Positions 28,826 to 38,639 of a DNA stretch of 64,000 nucleotides are shown here, piece by piece. The first letter of the stretch is position 1; each line of letters begins with the position of its first letter. This stretch comes from Nitrospinaceae bacterium (GTDB taxonomy: Bacteria; Nitrospinota; Nitrospinia; Nitrospinales; Nitrospinaceae). Location: NCBI GenBank assembly GCA_965223665.1, contig OZ245011.1:2368001-2432000 (forward strand), in the 5' to 3' direction. The notes beneath the pieces were generated by a model that saw nothing but the letters and a program-made list of their open reading frames with translations, was not told the DNA's origin and did no database searches. The position numbers and the translations under genes were made by a program.

Positions 28826-29794
28826 ATGGACACAATTACTTTAAATAAAGAAGAAATTTCAAGTCCCGAGCAAAGCTTATTTGAAGAACGCTGGAAATTT
28901 TTCAAAAAGGACAAAAGTTCTTATTTCAGTTTAATTTTTCTATTAGTCTTATTCTTAGTGGCAATAGTTGGAAAATTATTAACCCAATTTCATCCAATGT
29001 TTAATCCTTCCACTGTTCGATTGTCAGAAAAATTCCTTCCACCAATGACCACCTTCACAAGCAAACTAATCTCCGCCCAAGATTCACCTCCCTTCGGATT
29101 ATATTTAATGGGTACAGATAATTTGGGACGAGATGTTTTTTGCCGAATGTTAGAGGGAACATTTGTATCTTTAACAATTGGTTTCGTTGCAGTTGGAATA
29201 TTCGTTTCAGTTGGAGTATTCCTTGGTGGATTGGCAGGTTTTTATGGGCAGAAACGATTAGGATTTATTTCAGTGGATACTCTGATAATGAGATTCGTCG
29301 ACATCATGTTATGTTTTCCAACCTTTTTCTTAATCCTTACTGTTGTAGCCTTGCTCCCACCCAGCATTTACAACATTATGATTGTCATTGGTTTAACAAG
29401 TTGGATGGGAACAGCACGGTTTGTCCGTGCAGAATTTCTTTCTCTTCGGGAACAAGATTATGTAATAGCTGCAAAAAGCCAGGCGATTCCAGAATTTAAA
29501 ATAATTTTTCAACACATCGTACCCAATGCAATTGCCCCTGTTTTAGTTTCAGCCACCATTGGAGTTGCAACCGCTATCCTCACAGAATCCGCTTTAAGCT
29601 TTTTAGGTTTTGGAGTCCAACCCCCAGATGCCACTTGGGGAAATATACTTTCCGACGGCAAACAATATATTTTCGACGCTCCCTGGCTCACCTTTATTCC
29701 CGGCTTTACCATCCTTTTTGTGGTTTTAGCTTTTAATTTATTTGGAGAAGGTTTACGGGAAGCCTTTAACCCAAAATTAAGACAAAAACGATAA
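28826..29794 (+). CDS. Peptide/nickel ABC transporter permease (OppC/DppC-like)
   Basis: GTDNLGRDVF, HIVPN, ESALSFLGFG, FNLFGEGLRE. Confidence 0.93.
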   Translation: MDTITLNKEEISSPEQSLFEERWKFFKKDKSSYFSLIFLLVLFLVAIVGKLLTQFHPMFNPSTVRLSEKFLPPMTTFTSKLISAQDSPPFGLYLMGTDNLGRDVFCRMLEGTFVSLTIGFVAVGIFVSVGVFLGGLAGFYGQKRLGFISVDTLIMRFVDIMLCFPTFFLILTVVALLPPSIYNIMIVIGLTSWMGTARFVRAEFLSLREQDYVIAAKSQAIPEFKIIFQHIVPNAIAPVLVSATIGVATAILTESALSFLGFGVQPPDATWGNILSDGKQYIFDAPWLTFIPGFTILFVVLAFNLFGEGLREAFNPKLRQKR

Positions 29795-29806
29795 TTCTAA
29801 TCTATC

Positions 29807-31759
29807 ATGATTTATCTTCAAAACTTAAAGAAGCAATTTGGTCCAAAAATTTTATTTAATGACATTAGTTTTCATTTAAGACCACAAGAACGGGTTGGGC
29901 TTGTGGGAGAAAACGGAACCGGAAAAACAACATTAATGAAAGTAATTCTTGGTCGTTCCGGATTAGATAGCGGTAATATTGTAATTCGTAAAGGATCACG
30001 TGTTGCCATGTTAGAGCAGGAATTGGAAGTATCCAAAGAAAGTGTTCTCCAAAAAGTGGTTTTTGGAGATCCTTATTTTAAGAAAATAAAAGAATCACTG
30101 GAAAAAATACAAAATGATGAAACACTTCATCATAAGAATCCGGAAGGTTGGGCTCGGCAATTAGGAGATCTGCAACACGAATTTGAACGTTTGGGAGGAT
30201 ACGAAAGAGAAGCTAACGCACAGGCTATTCTAACCGGTTTAGGATTTAAATTGGATCAGTTAAACCAGCCCTTAGAAAATTTTTCTGGGGGATGGAGAAT
30301 GCGGGCAGAGTTAGCTCGAATATTATTACAAAATCCAGATGTATTACTTCTCGATGAGCCTACCAATCATTTGGATTTAAAATCTGTCATCTGGTTAGAG
30401 TCTTTTTTAAAAAGCTTTGAAGGAAGTATTCTGCTTATTTCACATGACCGTAAATTTTTAAATAGCCTGGTAGGAAGGATTGTAGAAATTGACCGAGGCA
30501 AATTAAGTATATTTCCTGGTAATTACGATGCATATGAAACTTTAAAGGCCGAGCGTATTTCCCAATTGGAGTCCCAGGCAGCGCAACAAAACAGAAAAAT
30601 TGCACAACTAGAAAAATTTATCGAACGATTTCGTGCAAAAAATACAAAAGCCACTCAAGTACAAAGTAAAATCAAAATGCTTAACAAAATCGACCGCGTG
30701 GAAACGTTTCAGCAAACTAAAACAGTTCAGTTCAGGTTTCCGCAACCACAGCGGACAGGTCGTATCGTCGCGGATATGAGGCAAGTTTCCAAAAGCTACG
30801 GAGACCTACAAGTATATAAAGATTTTTCTATAGCCATTGAGCGAGGATGGAAAATTGCTTTAGTCGGTGATAACGGCGCGGGGAAATCAACGTTATTAAA
30901 ACTTCTTTCAGGAAAATTGATGTTAGATTCCGGAGAGATTAATTTGGGAGCGAATGTCACTAGAGCTTATTTTGCTCAACATCAATCTGAAGTATTAAAT
31001 TTAAATAATACAGTCCTGGAATCTATGGAGGAGGTAGCCCCGCATTTAAACCGCACCGCCAAGCAAAGTATATTAGGTGCCTTCCTTTTTTCGGGAGATG
31101 ATGTAAACAAACCGGTAAAAGTTCTTTCGGGTGGAGAGCGATCGCGCTTGTCTTTAGCTAGGATTTTAGCTCATCCGGCTTCCTTCTTACTTTTAGACGA
31201 ACCCACAAACCATTTAGATATGCGCTCTTGTGAAATTTTAACAGCTGCTTTAGAAGATTTTGAAGGTACTATCATTACCATTTCTCATGATCGCTATTTC
31301 CTGGATGGCATTATCAACCAGGTATGGGAAGTAGACGAAGGGACGGTCAAAAAATATTCAGGAAACTTTAGTGATTATGAATGGGCAAAAGGAAGAGAGA
31401 ATGAAAATCTAATAAACACTCCTGAAATAAAAGAATCCACAAAACCAAAAAATTCCCAATTAAGAAAAGAACAAAAAAGAAAAGAAGCTGAACAAAGAAA
31501 CTTACGTTATAGGAAATTAAAACCTTTAGAAACCCAACTTAAAAAATTAGAAAAAGAATTAGAAGTTATAATGCAAAAATCACAAGATTTGTCTGACAAA
31601 TTGGCAGACTCTCAAATTTATGAGGATGATGCTAAAGAAGAGCTAATGAACACCCTTTCTATGCAAAAAGAGCTTTCAAAAAAAGAAAGTACTCTTTTAA
31701 ACGAATGGGAAATTCTTTCCCAAAAAATCGAAGAAATCTCAGAGTCCCTAAACCACTAG
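29807..31759 (+). CDS. ABC-F family ATPase (YheS/YdiF-like)
   Basis: Two ABC domains (GENGTGKT, FSGGWRMR, GDNGAGKS, LSGGERSR), DEPTNHLD twice, no TMs. Confidence 0.93.
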   Translation: MIYLQNLKKQFGPKILFNDISFHLRPQERVGLVGENGTGKTTLMKVILGRSGLDSGNIVIRKGSRVAMLEQELEVSKESVLQKVVFGDPYFKKIKESLEKIQNDETLHHKNPEGWARQLGDLQHEFERLGGYEREANAQAILTGLGFKLDQLNQPLENFSGGWRMRAELARILLQNPDVLLLDEPTNHLDLKSVIWLESFLKSFEGSILLISHDRKFLNSLVGRIVEIDRGKLSIFPGNYDAYETLKAERISQLESQAAQQNRKIAQLEKFIERFRAKNTKATQVQSKIKMLNKIDRVETFQQTKTVQFRFPQPQRTGRIVADMRQVSKSYGDLQVYKDFSIAIERGWKIALVGDNGAGKSTLLKLLSGKLMLDSGEINLGANVTRAYFAQHQSEVLNLNNTVLESMEEVAPHLNRTAKQSILGAFLFSGDDVNKPVKVLSGGERSRLSLARILAHPASFLLLDEPTNHLDMRSCEILTAALEDFEGTIITISHDRYFLDGIINQVWEVDEGTVKKYSGNFSDYEWAKGRENENLINTPEIKESTKPKNSQLRKEQKRKEAEQRNLRYRKLKPLETQLKKLEKELEVIMQKSQDLSDKLADSQIYEDDAKEELMNTLSMQKELSKKESTLLNEWEILSQKIEEISESLNH

Positions 31760-31777
31760 TATTTTCGGAATATAAAA

Positions 31778-32323
31778 TTGGAAACCTTTTTGGAATTTAC
31801 TTTAATAATTGCTGTTTTATTTATTGCTGGAATTATTATCTTCCCAATTTTTTACGGGGCTCCCTGGCATCCAACTTCAAAAAAAAAAGTCAGAGAAATT
31901 TTAGATTTTTGTCAACCACAAAGAGGACAAACTCTTATTGATCTGGGTTGTGGAGATGGTCGAGTTGTGATTATGGCTGCAAAAGATTATGGTCTGAAAG
32001 GAATTGGACTTGAAATTGACCCATTTAAAGTTTGGTTCGCCAAACTAAAGGCTCGCTGGGCAGGAGTGGATGACCAGGTGACAATAATGCGAAAAAATAT
32101 TTTTGATTATAATTTTGAAGAAGCAGATATTCTTTTTATATATTTGACTCATCAAGCAATAGACAAACTATTTCCAAAAATTCTGAATCAACTTAAACCC
32201 GAAGTCAAAATTATTTGCTATCGATTTTGTCTTAGAGGCCTACAACCTGAAAAAGTCAACCAACAAAAAAATATTTTTCTTTACTCATTAAACAAAGGAG
32301 GCAAACTCAACCAGTACACTTAA
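31778..32323 (+). CDS. SAM-dependent methyltransferase with N-terminal membrane anchor
   Basis: GAPWHPT, DLGCGDGRV, GLEID. Confidence 0.88.
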   Translation: METFLEFTLIIAVLFIAGIIIFPIFYGAPWHPTSKKKVREILDFCQPQRGQTLIDLGCGDGRVVIMAAKDYGLKGIGLEIDPFKVWFAKLKARWAGVDDQVTIMRKNIFDYNFEEADILFIYLTHQAIDKLFPKILNQLKPEVKIICYRFCLRGLQPEKVNQQKNIFLYSLNKGGKLNQYT

Positions 32324-34290
32324 TTGGGAATTTTCTCAACAAATCCTTCCCAAACATATGCAATATTTCCATCTACCTTTACCTTAAGCCACGGTTTTTT
32401 ATTTATTATTTTTTTAGTCGCCTCAATTAGTAGCAAACGTTTACCCTTTTTGACTTTGGTAACGACAGCAAATTTCATTGCAGGGCCTTTGCGTAAAGAA
32501 AGATTGTCAATCCGCGTTCGCAAATACACTTCCTCTTTTAGGGATTCTATCTTCTGTGATTTCTGCTCAGTGGGTTGTATTTGATTATTATCACTGGGAG
32601 TTTTATGGGTTGTATCATTAGCGATAGTTTTATTGTTAGTTGGATCTTGGTCATTTATTTGCCCTGATGCGGGCACAGCTTTTTCAGGAGGTTGGGATTT
32701 TTTTGATTCCTTTTCGGAACCTAAGTCTGGAGACGCCTGCAATACCTTATCATTTTCAGCATCAGTAAATTCTAAGACTTTTGAATCCGCTGACTCTTTT
32801 TCAGACAAGGCAGCTACTACTGTAGATTCGTCTTTAAATCTGATAAAAATTGGATTAGCAACCAACCTGTTTTTGGACTCTGTTTCAACCATTAATCTGT
32901 AATAATGCAAACCCGATTTCTTAATATCATTATCGGTCCATTTCCAATTAACAGGAAGCTCACTGGAAAATTTCTGGATAATATTTCCATCACGGATAAG
33001 TTCAATAGAAGCATTTTCTTTTTTTCCAGAAATAGACCGAATTTTTATATTCACCTCCGGATAATCTTGAATGACCATTTCATCGCCTAAAGTAACACTT
33101 TGTCCCCCATTGGTTTCCTTCAAAATGAATTCATCCAGGGACAAACGATCCTTTGAAGATAAAGAGCTTTCAGAATACATTCTTCCTGATCGCATTGCAT
33201 CAACCACAGAAGCCTGATCTTTATTTCGAACTAAAATTACCGTTCGAACCTCACCAAGTTTAGATTCATCATCTTGCTCGCAATGAAAATCGCTTGACCC
33301 ATAACCCCAGACAGGCCATTTTCTTTTTCCTATCAAGTACAAGTTTAAAATTTGATCCCATTCCTTCGAAGGTTGGGTCAAAGAAATGGGATTTTTCCCT
33401 AAAGCTTGAAAACCCACATAGCCAGACGTTTGAAATAAATCTTCCGGATGTGGTTTTGTTTCCATTTTTAGAGATAAACCTTCTCCTTCCTTCTTTGGGG
33501 GATGCTCAAGGTGATTCCAGAAGGTCAGTGCACCCTTAGAGTTTGCATAATCAATCAACTCTTGATAAGGCATAGGGCCGGGATCTCCATTATATTGATC
33601 AAACAAAGAACTTCTAAAAGGATGATTATTGATTGCCAACAAGAAAGCAATCAAAGCCATGGTCAACGACAATTTGGGATACCTTTTGGAAAAAAATAAC
33701 AGAACTCCAATTAAACAAAGCAAAATATAAATAATAAACTTTGGAAAAAACTTTTCTGAATACTTACTCGAATAATTGCTATTTAAGGTAGGAATCTGTT
33801 CATAATCTAAGGGAGACGGCAATCCCACAACTAATATATGTTTTCCCCAATTATGGGCTAATAGGTTTTTGTCGAATAAACTTCCCGTCCAATAATAAAA
33901 AGGAGCACTTTCCACTCCGGGAATTAGAATCAATTCATCTGCCATCTCATTGTTAAGGTTTACCTCGGTTAAATATGCGGAAGCACTATTAAATAAAAGG
34001 GAAGGTAATTCCTCTTTCTTTTTTAAAATTCGTTCAAATGGCCAAACTCCATATTCAAGGGATTTTCGATCATGGTCTCCAAAGACCAATCCATCAAGCT
34101 CATATTCTCTCGCTATATTGGCAACCTCCTGTATGGAATGACATCCATCACTAAAACGAGTTTTAACATCTATAGCAAAATCTAATTGGATAAACTTAGC
34201 ATCAACGGGAGAATGTACTATTAAAACTATCCACAATGTAATTAAAACCCGTATCATCAATTTAGAATATTTAATTTTCCCAAAACCCAT
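32320..34290 (-). CDS. PHP-like domain membrane protein with C-terminal SH3b-like domain
   Basis: SDG/GDHD/PGVE/WNH/SDFH PHP-type layout. C-terminal LSLRKGP...W..V...AYV. Confidence 0.6.
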   Translation of the reverse strand: MGFGKIKYSKLMIRVLITLWIVLIVHSPVDAKFIQLDFAIDVKTRFSDGCHSIQEVANIAREYELDGLVFGDHDRKSLEYGVWPFERILKKKEELPSLLFNSASAYLTEVNLNNEMADELILIPGVESAPFYYWTGSLFDKNLLAHNWGKHILVVGLPSPLDYEQIPTLNSNYSSKYSEKFFPKFIIYILLCLIGVLLFFSKRYPKLSLTMALIAFLLAINNHPFRSSLFDQYNGDPGPMPYQELIDYANSKGALTFWNHLEHPPKKEGEGLSLKMETKPHPEDLFQTSGYVGFQALGKNPISLTQPSKEWDQILNLYLIGKRKWPVWGYGSSDFHCEQDDESKLGEVRTVILVRNKDQASVVDAMRSGRMYSESSLSSKDRLSLDEFILKETNGGQSVTLGDEMVIQDYPEVNIKIRSISGKKENASIELIRDGNIIQKFSSELPVNWKWTDNDIKKSGLHYYRLMVETESKNRLVANPIFIRFKDESTVVAALSEKESADSKVLEFTDAENDKVLQASPDLGSEKESKKSQPPEKAVPASGQINDQDPTNNKTIANDTTHKTPSDNNQIQPTEQKSQKIESLKEEVYLRTRIDNLSLRKGPAMKFAVVTKVKKGKRLLLIEATKKIINKKPWLKVKVDGNIAYVWEGFVEKIPN

Positions 34291-34600
34291 TCATTTCCTG
34301 TTTCATGATTGATAATTGATCTAAAAAAACGCCAAATATGATCCATAGATGGCCAGTAAGATGCGTTTTTGCTATTAAGTTATTATACGTTCGGAACCCA
34401 AGAAACGGAACCCAATTGCAAATAAAATCCCAATTTTTAGGGGTTTTATGGATTAGAAGCGGTTATCAATTATGGGCAACCTATGTTATACTTCCTTTAA
34501 AATAAAGGTTTTGACCGTTCGCCTTCCTGACAGCGAATATTGCAGTTCCCCAATCCCCAAAGAAAAAAAAGAAATACACCACTGCGAGGCTTATTAATTC

Positions 34601-35836
34601 ATGAATAATAAAATCCTGGTTGCAGATGACAGTATTACAATCCAAAAAATAGTAGCCATGGCTTTTGAAAAAGAAAACGTTACTGTAGAGGGAAAAAGTG
34701 ACGGGCAAACTGCTTTTGATTTTCTTGCAGAGTTTCAACCTAACATAGTATTAGCAGACATAGATATGCCTGAAATAAATGGGTTTGAGTTGAGCAAAAA
34801 AATCAAAGATTCGGAAGAACTAAGTTCCATTAAAGTATTGTTGTTAGCAAGTGACTTTGAAGACTTTGATGATAATCAATTTTCTGAATCGAAGGCGGAC
34901 GATTATATTTCAAAGCCTTTCAAATCTGACGATATCGTAAAAAAAGTGAAGACCTTACTCCCGGATTTCAACCAAAACCCTGAAGAAGAATCTCAACCCA
35001 TAGAATCTGCTGAAGCTCAAAGCAAATTAGAAATATCTGAGGAAAATCCTAAAACAAAAGAGACTCCTCACTCAAAAAAAAGCAGCAAAGTTCTAAAATT
35101 GGAACTTGAAAATATGTTAGCAGAAAGTAAGGAGATTTTAGAAAATGCAGTTGAAGAAATTGTAAACGATCCAGAAATTGATATTTCTTCCGGTGAAACT
35201 CCCAACGAGAATTTAATTAGTGAAACAGTTTCTCCTGCCGAGGAAGTTTTAGAAGAGGTCCAGGAAGAAATAGAGGCCTTGCAAAGTCATGATGTTGATC
35301 CCAAAATCTCGGATGATACCCTACTGGCTGAAGGGGGAAATCAAATAGAATCTGTTGATATTTTAAATAAAACATTTAATCAAATAATTGGAAAAGAAAA
35401 TGCCTCAATTTCATCCCATAATACCCCTGAGTCTTTGTCTGAGGAAGAGGACAAAATATCAGAGTCTTCCAACAATTTAGAAAATGGGGATATCTCTAAA
35501 CCCAGCCTTCTCCAAGAAACTCTTTCCTATATTTCTGAAGTTTCTGCCAATATCAATAATGCAGATAGTGCCTCTTCATCTCCTGAAATTTTAGCCCAAT
35601 CCCATGAAATCAATTCCCAAAATGAAAAGATTACCGAAGTAGTAAACGAATACTTCAGTAAAGCATTAAAAAAACGCCTGGATCCTTCCAACAAAGAGGA
35701 AATGGATGAGTTGTCCCAAAGTATTTTGCAAACCATTCGAGAAGTGGTAAAAGATATCGCTCCAGGGGTGATACGAACTATTGTTCAAGAAGAAATCGAT
35801 AACATAAAAAAAATGGAGTCCCCTAAAGACTCTTAA
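34601..35836 (+). CDS. Response regulator with acidic disordered linker and C-terminal helix (RomR-like)
   Basis: REC (LVADDS, LADIDMP, KPF), E/S-rich linker, IREVVKDIAPGVIRTIVQEEI tail. Confidence 0.75.
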   Translation: MNNKILVADDSITIQKIVAMAFEKENVTVEGKSDGQTAFDFLAEFQPNIVLADIDMPEINGFELSKKIKDSEELSSIKVLLLASDFEDFDDNQFSESKADDYISKPFKSDDIVKKVKTLLPDFNQNPEEESQPIESAEAQSKLEISEENPKTKETPHSKKSSKVLKLELENMLAESKEILENAVEEIVNDPEIDISSGETPNENLISETVSPAEEVLEEVQEEIEALQSHDVDPKISDDTLLAEGGNQIESVDILNKTFNQIIGKENASISSHNTPESLSEEEDKISESSNNLENGDISKPSLLQETLSYISEVSANINNADSASSSPEILAQSHEINSQNEKITEVVNEYFSKALKKRLDPSNKEEMDELSQSILQTIREVVKDIAPGVIRTIVQEEIDNIKKMESPKDS

Positions 35837-35926
35837 TTTTTTTCTTAATCATTCGTTGCATGTCTTGAAAGAATTGTTTAACCTTCTACTTCCAAATTTT
35901 CCTATTAAACTTTCATTCACCATTCT

Positions 35927-38584
35927 ATGATCCAATTAGACAAACAATACCAACCTGAAGAGGTGGAATCAAAATGGATTCAATATTGGCAAAATCATAA
36001 ATTAGCACATGCTGACGAATCCCTGGACAAACCAACATTTTCTATGGCCATACCACCGCCCAATATTACAGGGTCTTTGCATATTGGCCATGCTTTTAAT
36101 AATACTTTGCAGGATATTTTAGCCCGTTGGAAGCGGATGCAGGGTTTTAACACCCTTTGGCAACCGGGAACTGACCATGCAGGAATTGCCACTCAAAATG
36201 TTGTAGAACGTCAGCTCCATGATGAGGGAACCACCCGTCATGATATCGGTCGCAAGGATTTTATTGATCGCGTGTGGAAATGGCGTAACGAATCTGGTGG
36301 AAGTATAAACAAACAGTTAGTGAAGTTGGGTGCATCTTTGGACTGGGAAAGAGACCGATTTACTATGGATGAAGGTTTATCGCGTGCAGTAAGAGAAGTA
36401 TTTGTTACCCTCTATGAAGAAGGATTGATTTATAAAGGAGATTATATTATCAATTGGTGTCCACGATGCCATACCGCTCTTTCAGACTTGGAAGTAGAGC
36501 ACCAGGAAAAAAAGGGAAACCTCTACCACATACGATATCCATTTAAAGACGGAAACGGTTTTATCATCATTGCCACCACGCGGCCTGAAACAATGTTGGG
36601 TGACACAGCAGTTGCGATAAACCCCACAGATGACCGTCATCAAGATAACTCAGGGAGAACGTTAGTACTTCCCTTATTAAACCGCGAACTTCCTATTATT
36701 GAAGACACCTATGTGGATACAACTTTCGGTACTGGCGCTTTAAAGGTAACTCCAGCCCATGACCCTAATGATTTTGAAATCGGCGTGCGCCATAAACTAC
36801 CCTCAATTAATGTGATGGATATTGACGCAAAAATGAATGAACAGGCAGGTCCTTATAAAGGACAAGACCGGTTTGAAGCAAGGGAATCCATATTAAAAGA
36901 TTTGAAAGAATCAAACCTCTTGGAAAAAATCGAAGATATCGTACACTCCGTAGGTCATTGTTATCGTTGTAAAACGGTAGTTGAGCCATACCTCTCTAAG
37001 CAATGGTTTGTTAAAACAAAACCACTTGCGGAACCAGCCATGGAAGCTGTAAGAAGTGGAGACATAAAAATTATCCCCAAGTTTTGGGAGAATACCTATT
37101 TTGAGTGGATGGAAAATATTCGAGATTGGTGTATTTCCCGGCAAATTTGGTGGGGACACCAAATTCCTGCATGGAATTGCTCTGCTTGTGAACAAATTAC
37201 AGTATCTAGAGAAACTCCCGAAGCTTGCTTTCATTGCAAAAATGAAAACTTGGTACAGGAAGAAGACGTTTTAGATACTTGGTTTAGCTCTGCCCTCTGG
37301 CCATTCTCTACTTTAGGGTGGCCTGATTCCACCGAATCTTTAAAAAAGTTTTACCCCACTACTGTTATGTGCACTGGGTTTGATATTCTGTTTTTCTGGG
37401 TAGCCCGAATGATAATGATGGGATTGAAATTTATGGATGACATTCCCTTTCGATATGTTTATATCCATGCTCTCATAAGAGATGCCGAAGGACAAAAGAT
37501 GAGTAAAACCAAAGGAAATGTAATCGATCCTTTGGTAATGATGAAAGAATACGGTACAGATGCACTTCGATTCACCCTGGCCGCATTTGCAGCTCAAGGT
37601 AGAGATATCAAATTGGCAGAGGATCGAATTGAGGGTTATAGAAATTTTTGCAATAAACTGTGGAATGCTTCCCGATTTGCTTTTATGAATCTCGAAGACT
37701 ATTCCGGGGATTGCCAACTAAGGGAAAGTAAAGATCGTAGCTTGGCGGATCATTGGATATTAAGCCGACTCAATGAAACCTGCAAGGAGGTTGATTCCGC
37801 ATTACAAAATTTTAAATTCAACGATGCCGCATCTAATATTTACAAATTTATTTGGAACGAATTCTGCGATTGGTATATTGAACTATCCAAATCTCGGTTG
37901 AATTCTGAAAACCTTTCCGAGCGACAAACAACACAGAATGTTTTGATCCATGTATTAGAAGCCAGCTTAAAATTATTGCATCCAATCATGCCATTCATTA
38001 CCGAAGAAATATGGCAAAAACTCCCACACGATAACTTAAGCATCATGGTTGCACCTTATCCCCAATTTGATCCAGGAAAGGCCAACTCAGAAGCAGAAAA
38101 CCAAATGAACAAAATAATGGGAGTAATCAATGTAGTTCGTAATATTCGTGGAGAAATGAACCTGAATCCAGGACTTCAAGTTCCACTTTATATTAAGACT
38201 ACAGAAACAGAAACGGAAAAAATTATATCAGCCCCCTCTTCTACTCAATATGTCAAAGAGTTAGCTCGGGTAAAGGATTTAGAAATAGGTCCCGACGTTG
38301 TTAAACCCAAAGTCTCTGCTTCTTCAGTTTTTGAATCAAATGATGTTCATATTCCTTTAGAAGGATTAATGGATTTTGAAGAAGAAAAAAAACGTGTAGA
38401 AAAAGAAATAAAAAAAATTGAAAAAGACATGGTATTCTTAGAGAAGAAACTAACCAACCCCAACTTTGTGGATAAAGCGCCTGCCGAGGTAATTGAGAAA
38501 GACCAACGGCGAAAACAAGACCTGTCAGAAAAGCACATCAAATTAAAGTCACATTTAGAGACTATAAAACAGGCAATTTCGTAA
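35927..38584 (+). CDS. valS: Valine--tRNA ligase
   Basis: PPPNITGSLHIGH, DWCISRQIWWGH, KMSKT, C-terminal coiled coil. Confidence 0.98.
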   Translation: MIQLDKQYQPEEVESKWIQYWQNHKLAHADESLDKPTFSMAIPPPNITGSLHIGHAFNNTLQDILARWKRMQGFNTLWQPGTDHAGIATQNVVERQLHDEGTTRHDIGRKDFIDRVWKWRNESGGSINKQLVKLGASLDWERDRFTMDEGLSRAVREVFVTLYEEGLIYKGDYIINWCPRCHTALSDLEVEHQEKKGNLYHIRYPFKDGNGFIIIATTRPETMLGDTAVAINPTDDRHQDNSGRTLVLPLLNRELPIIEDTYVDTTFGTGALKVTPAHDPNDFEIGVRHKLPSINVMDIDAKMNEQAGPYKGQDRFEARESILKDLKESNLLEKIEDIVHSVGHCYRCKTVVEPYLSKQWFVKTKPLAEPAMEAVRSGDIKIIPKFWENTYFEWMENIRDWCISRQIWWGHQIPAWNCSACEQITVSRETPEACFHCKNENLVQEEDVLDTWFSSALWPFSTLGWPDSTESLKKFYPTTVMCTGFDILFFWVARMIMMGLKFMDDIPFRYVYIHALIRDAEGQKMSKTKGNVIDPLVMMKEYGTDALRFTLAAFAAQGRDIKLAEDRIEGYRNFCNKLWNASRFAFMNLEDYSGDCQLRESKDRSLADHWILSRLNETCKEVDSALQNFKFNDAASNIYKFIWNEFCDWYIELSKSRLNSENLSERQTTQNVLIHVLEASLKLLHPIMPFITEEIWQKLPHDNLSIMVAPYPQFDPGKANSEAENQMNKIMGVINVVRNIRGEMNLNPGLQVPLYIKTTETETEKIISAPSSTQYVKELARVKDLEIGPDVVKPKVSASSVFESNDVHIPLEGLMDFEEEKKRVEKEIKKIEKDMVFLEKKLTNPNFVDKAPAEVIEKDQRRKQDLSEKHIKLKSHLETIKQAIS

Positions 38585-38639
38585 AGTTTTCCTCGGTTTA
38601 TTTAGGTTTAAATACATACAATAATTAATTCAAAAAACT

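Noticed and set aside
34392-34415. Direct repeat CGGAACCCAA twice in an intergenic region
   Set aside because: Only two 10-nt copies, with no CRISPR-like or known operator structure
34481-34738. Short alternative-frame ORFs in the track (this one and similar ones such as 3001-3207, 29140-29499, 37340-37717, 55830-56171)
   Set aside because: They overlap well-supported genes antisense or out of frame and have no recognisable motifs: shadow ORFs
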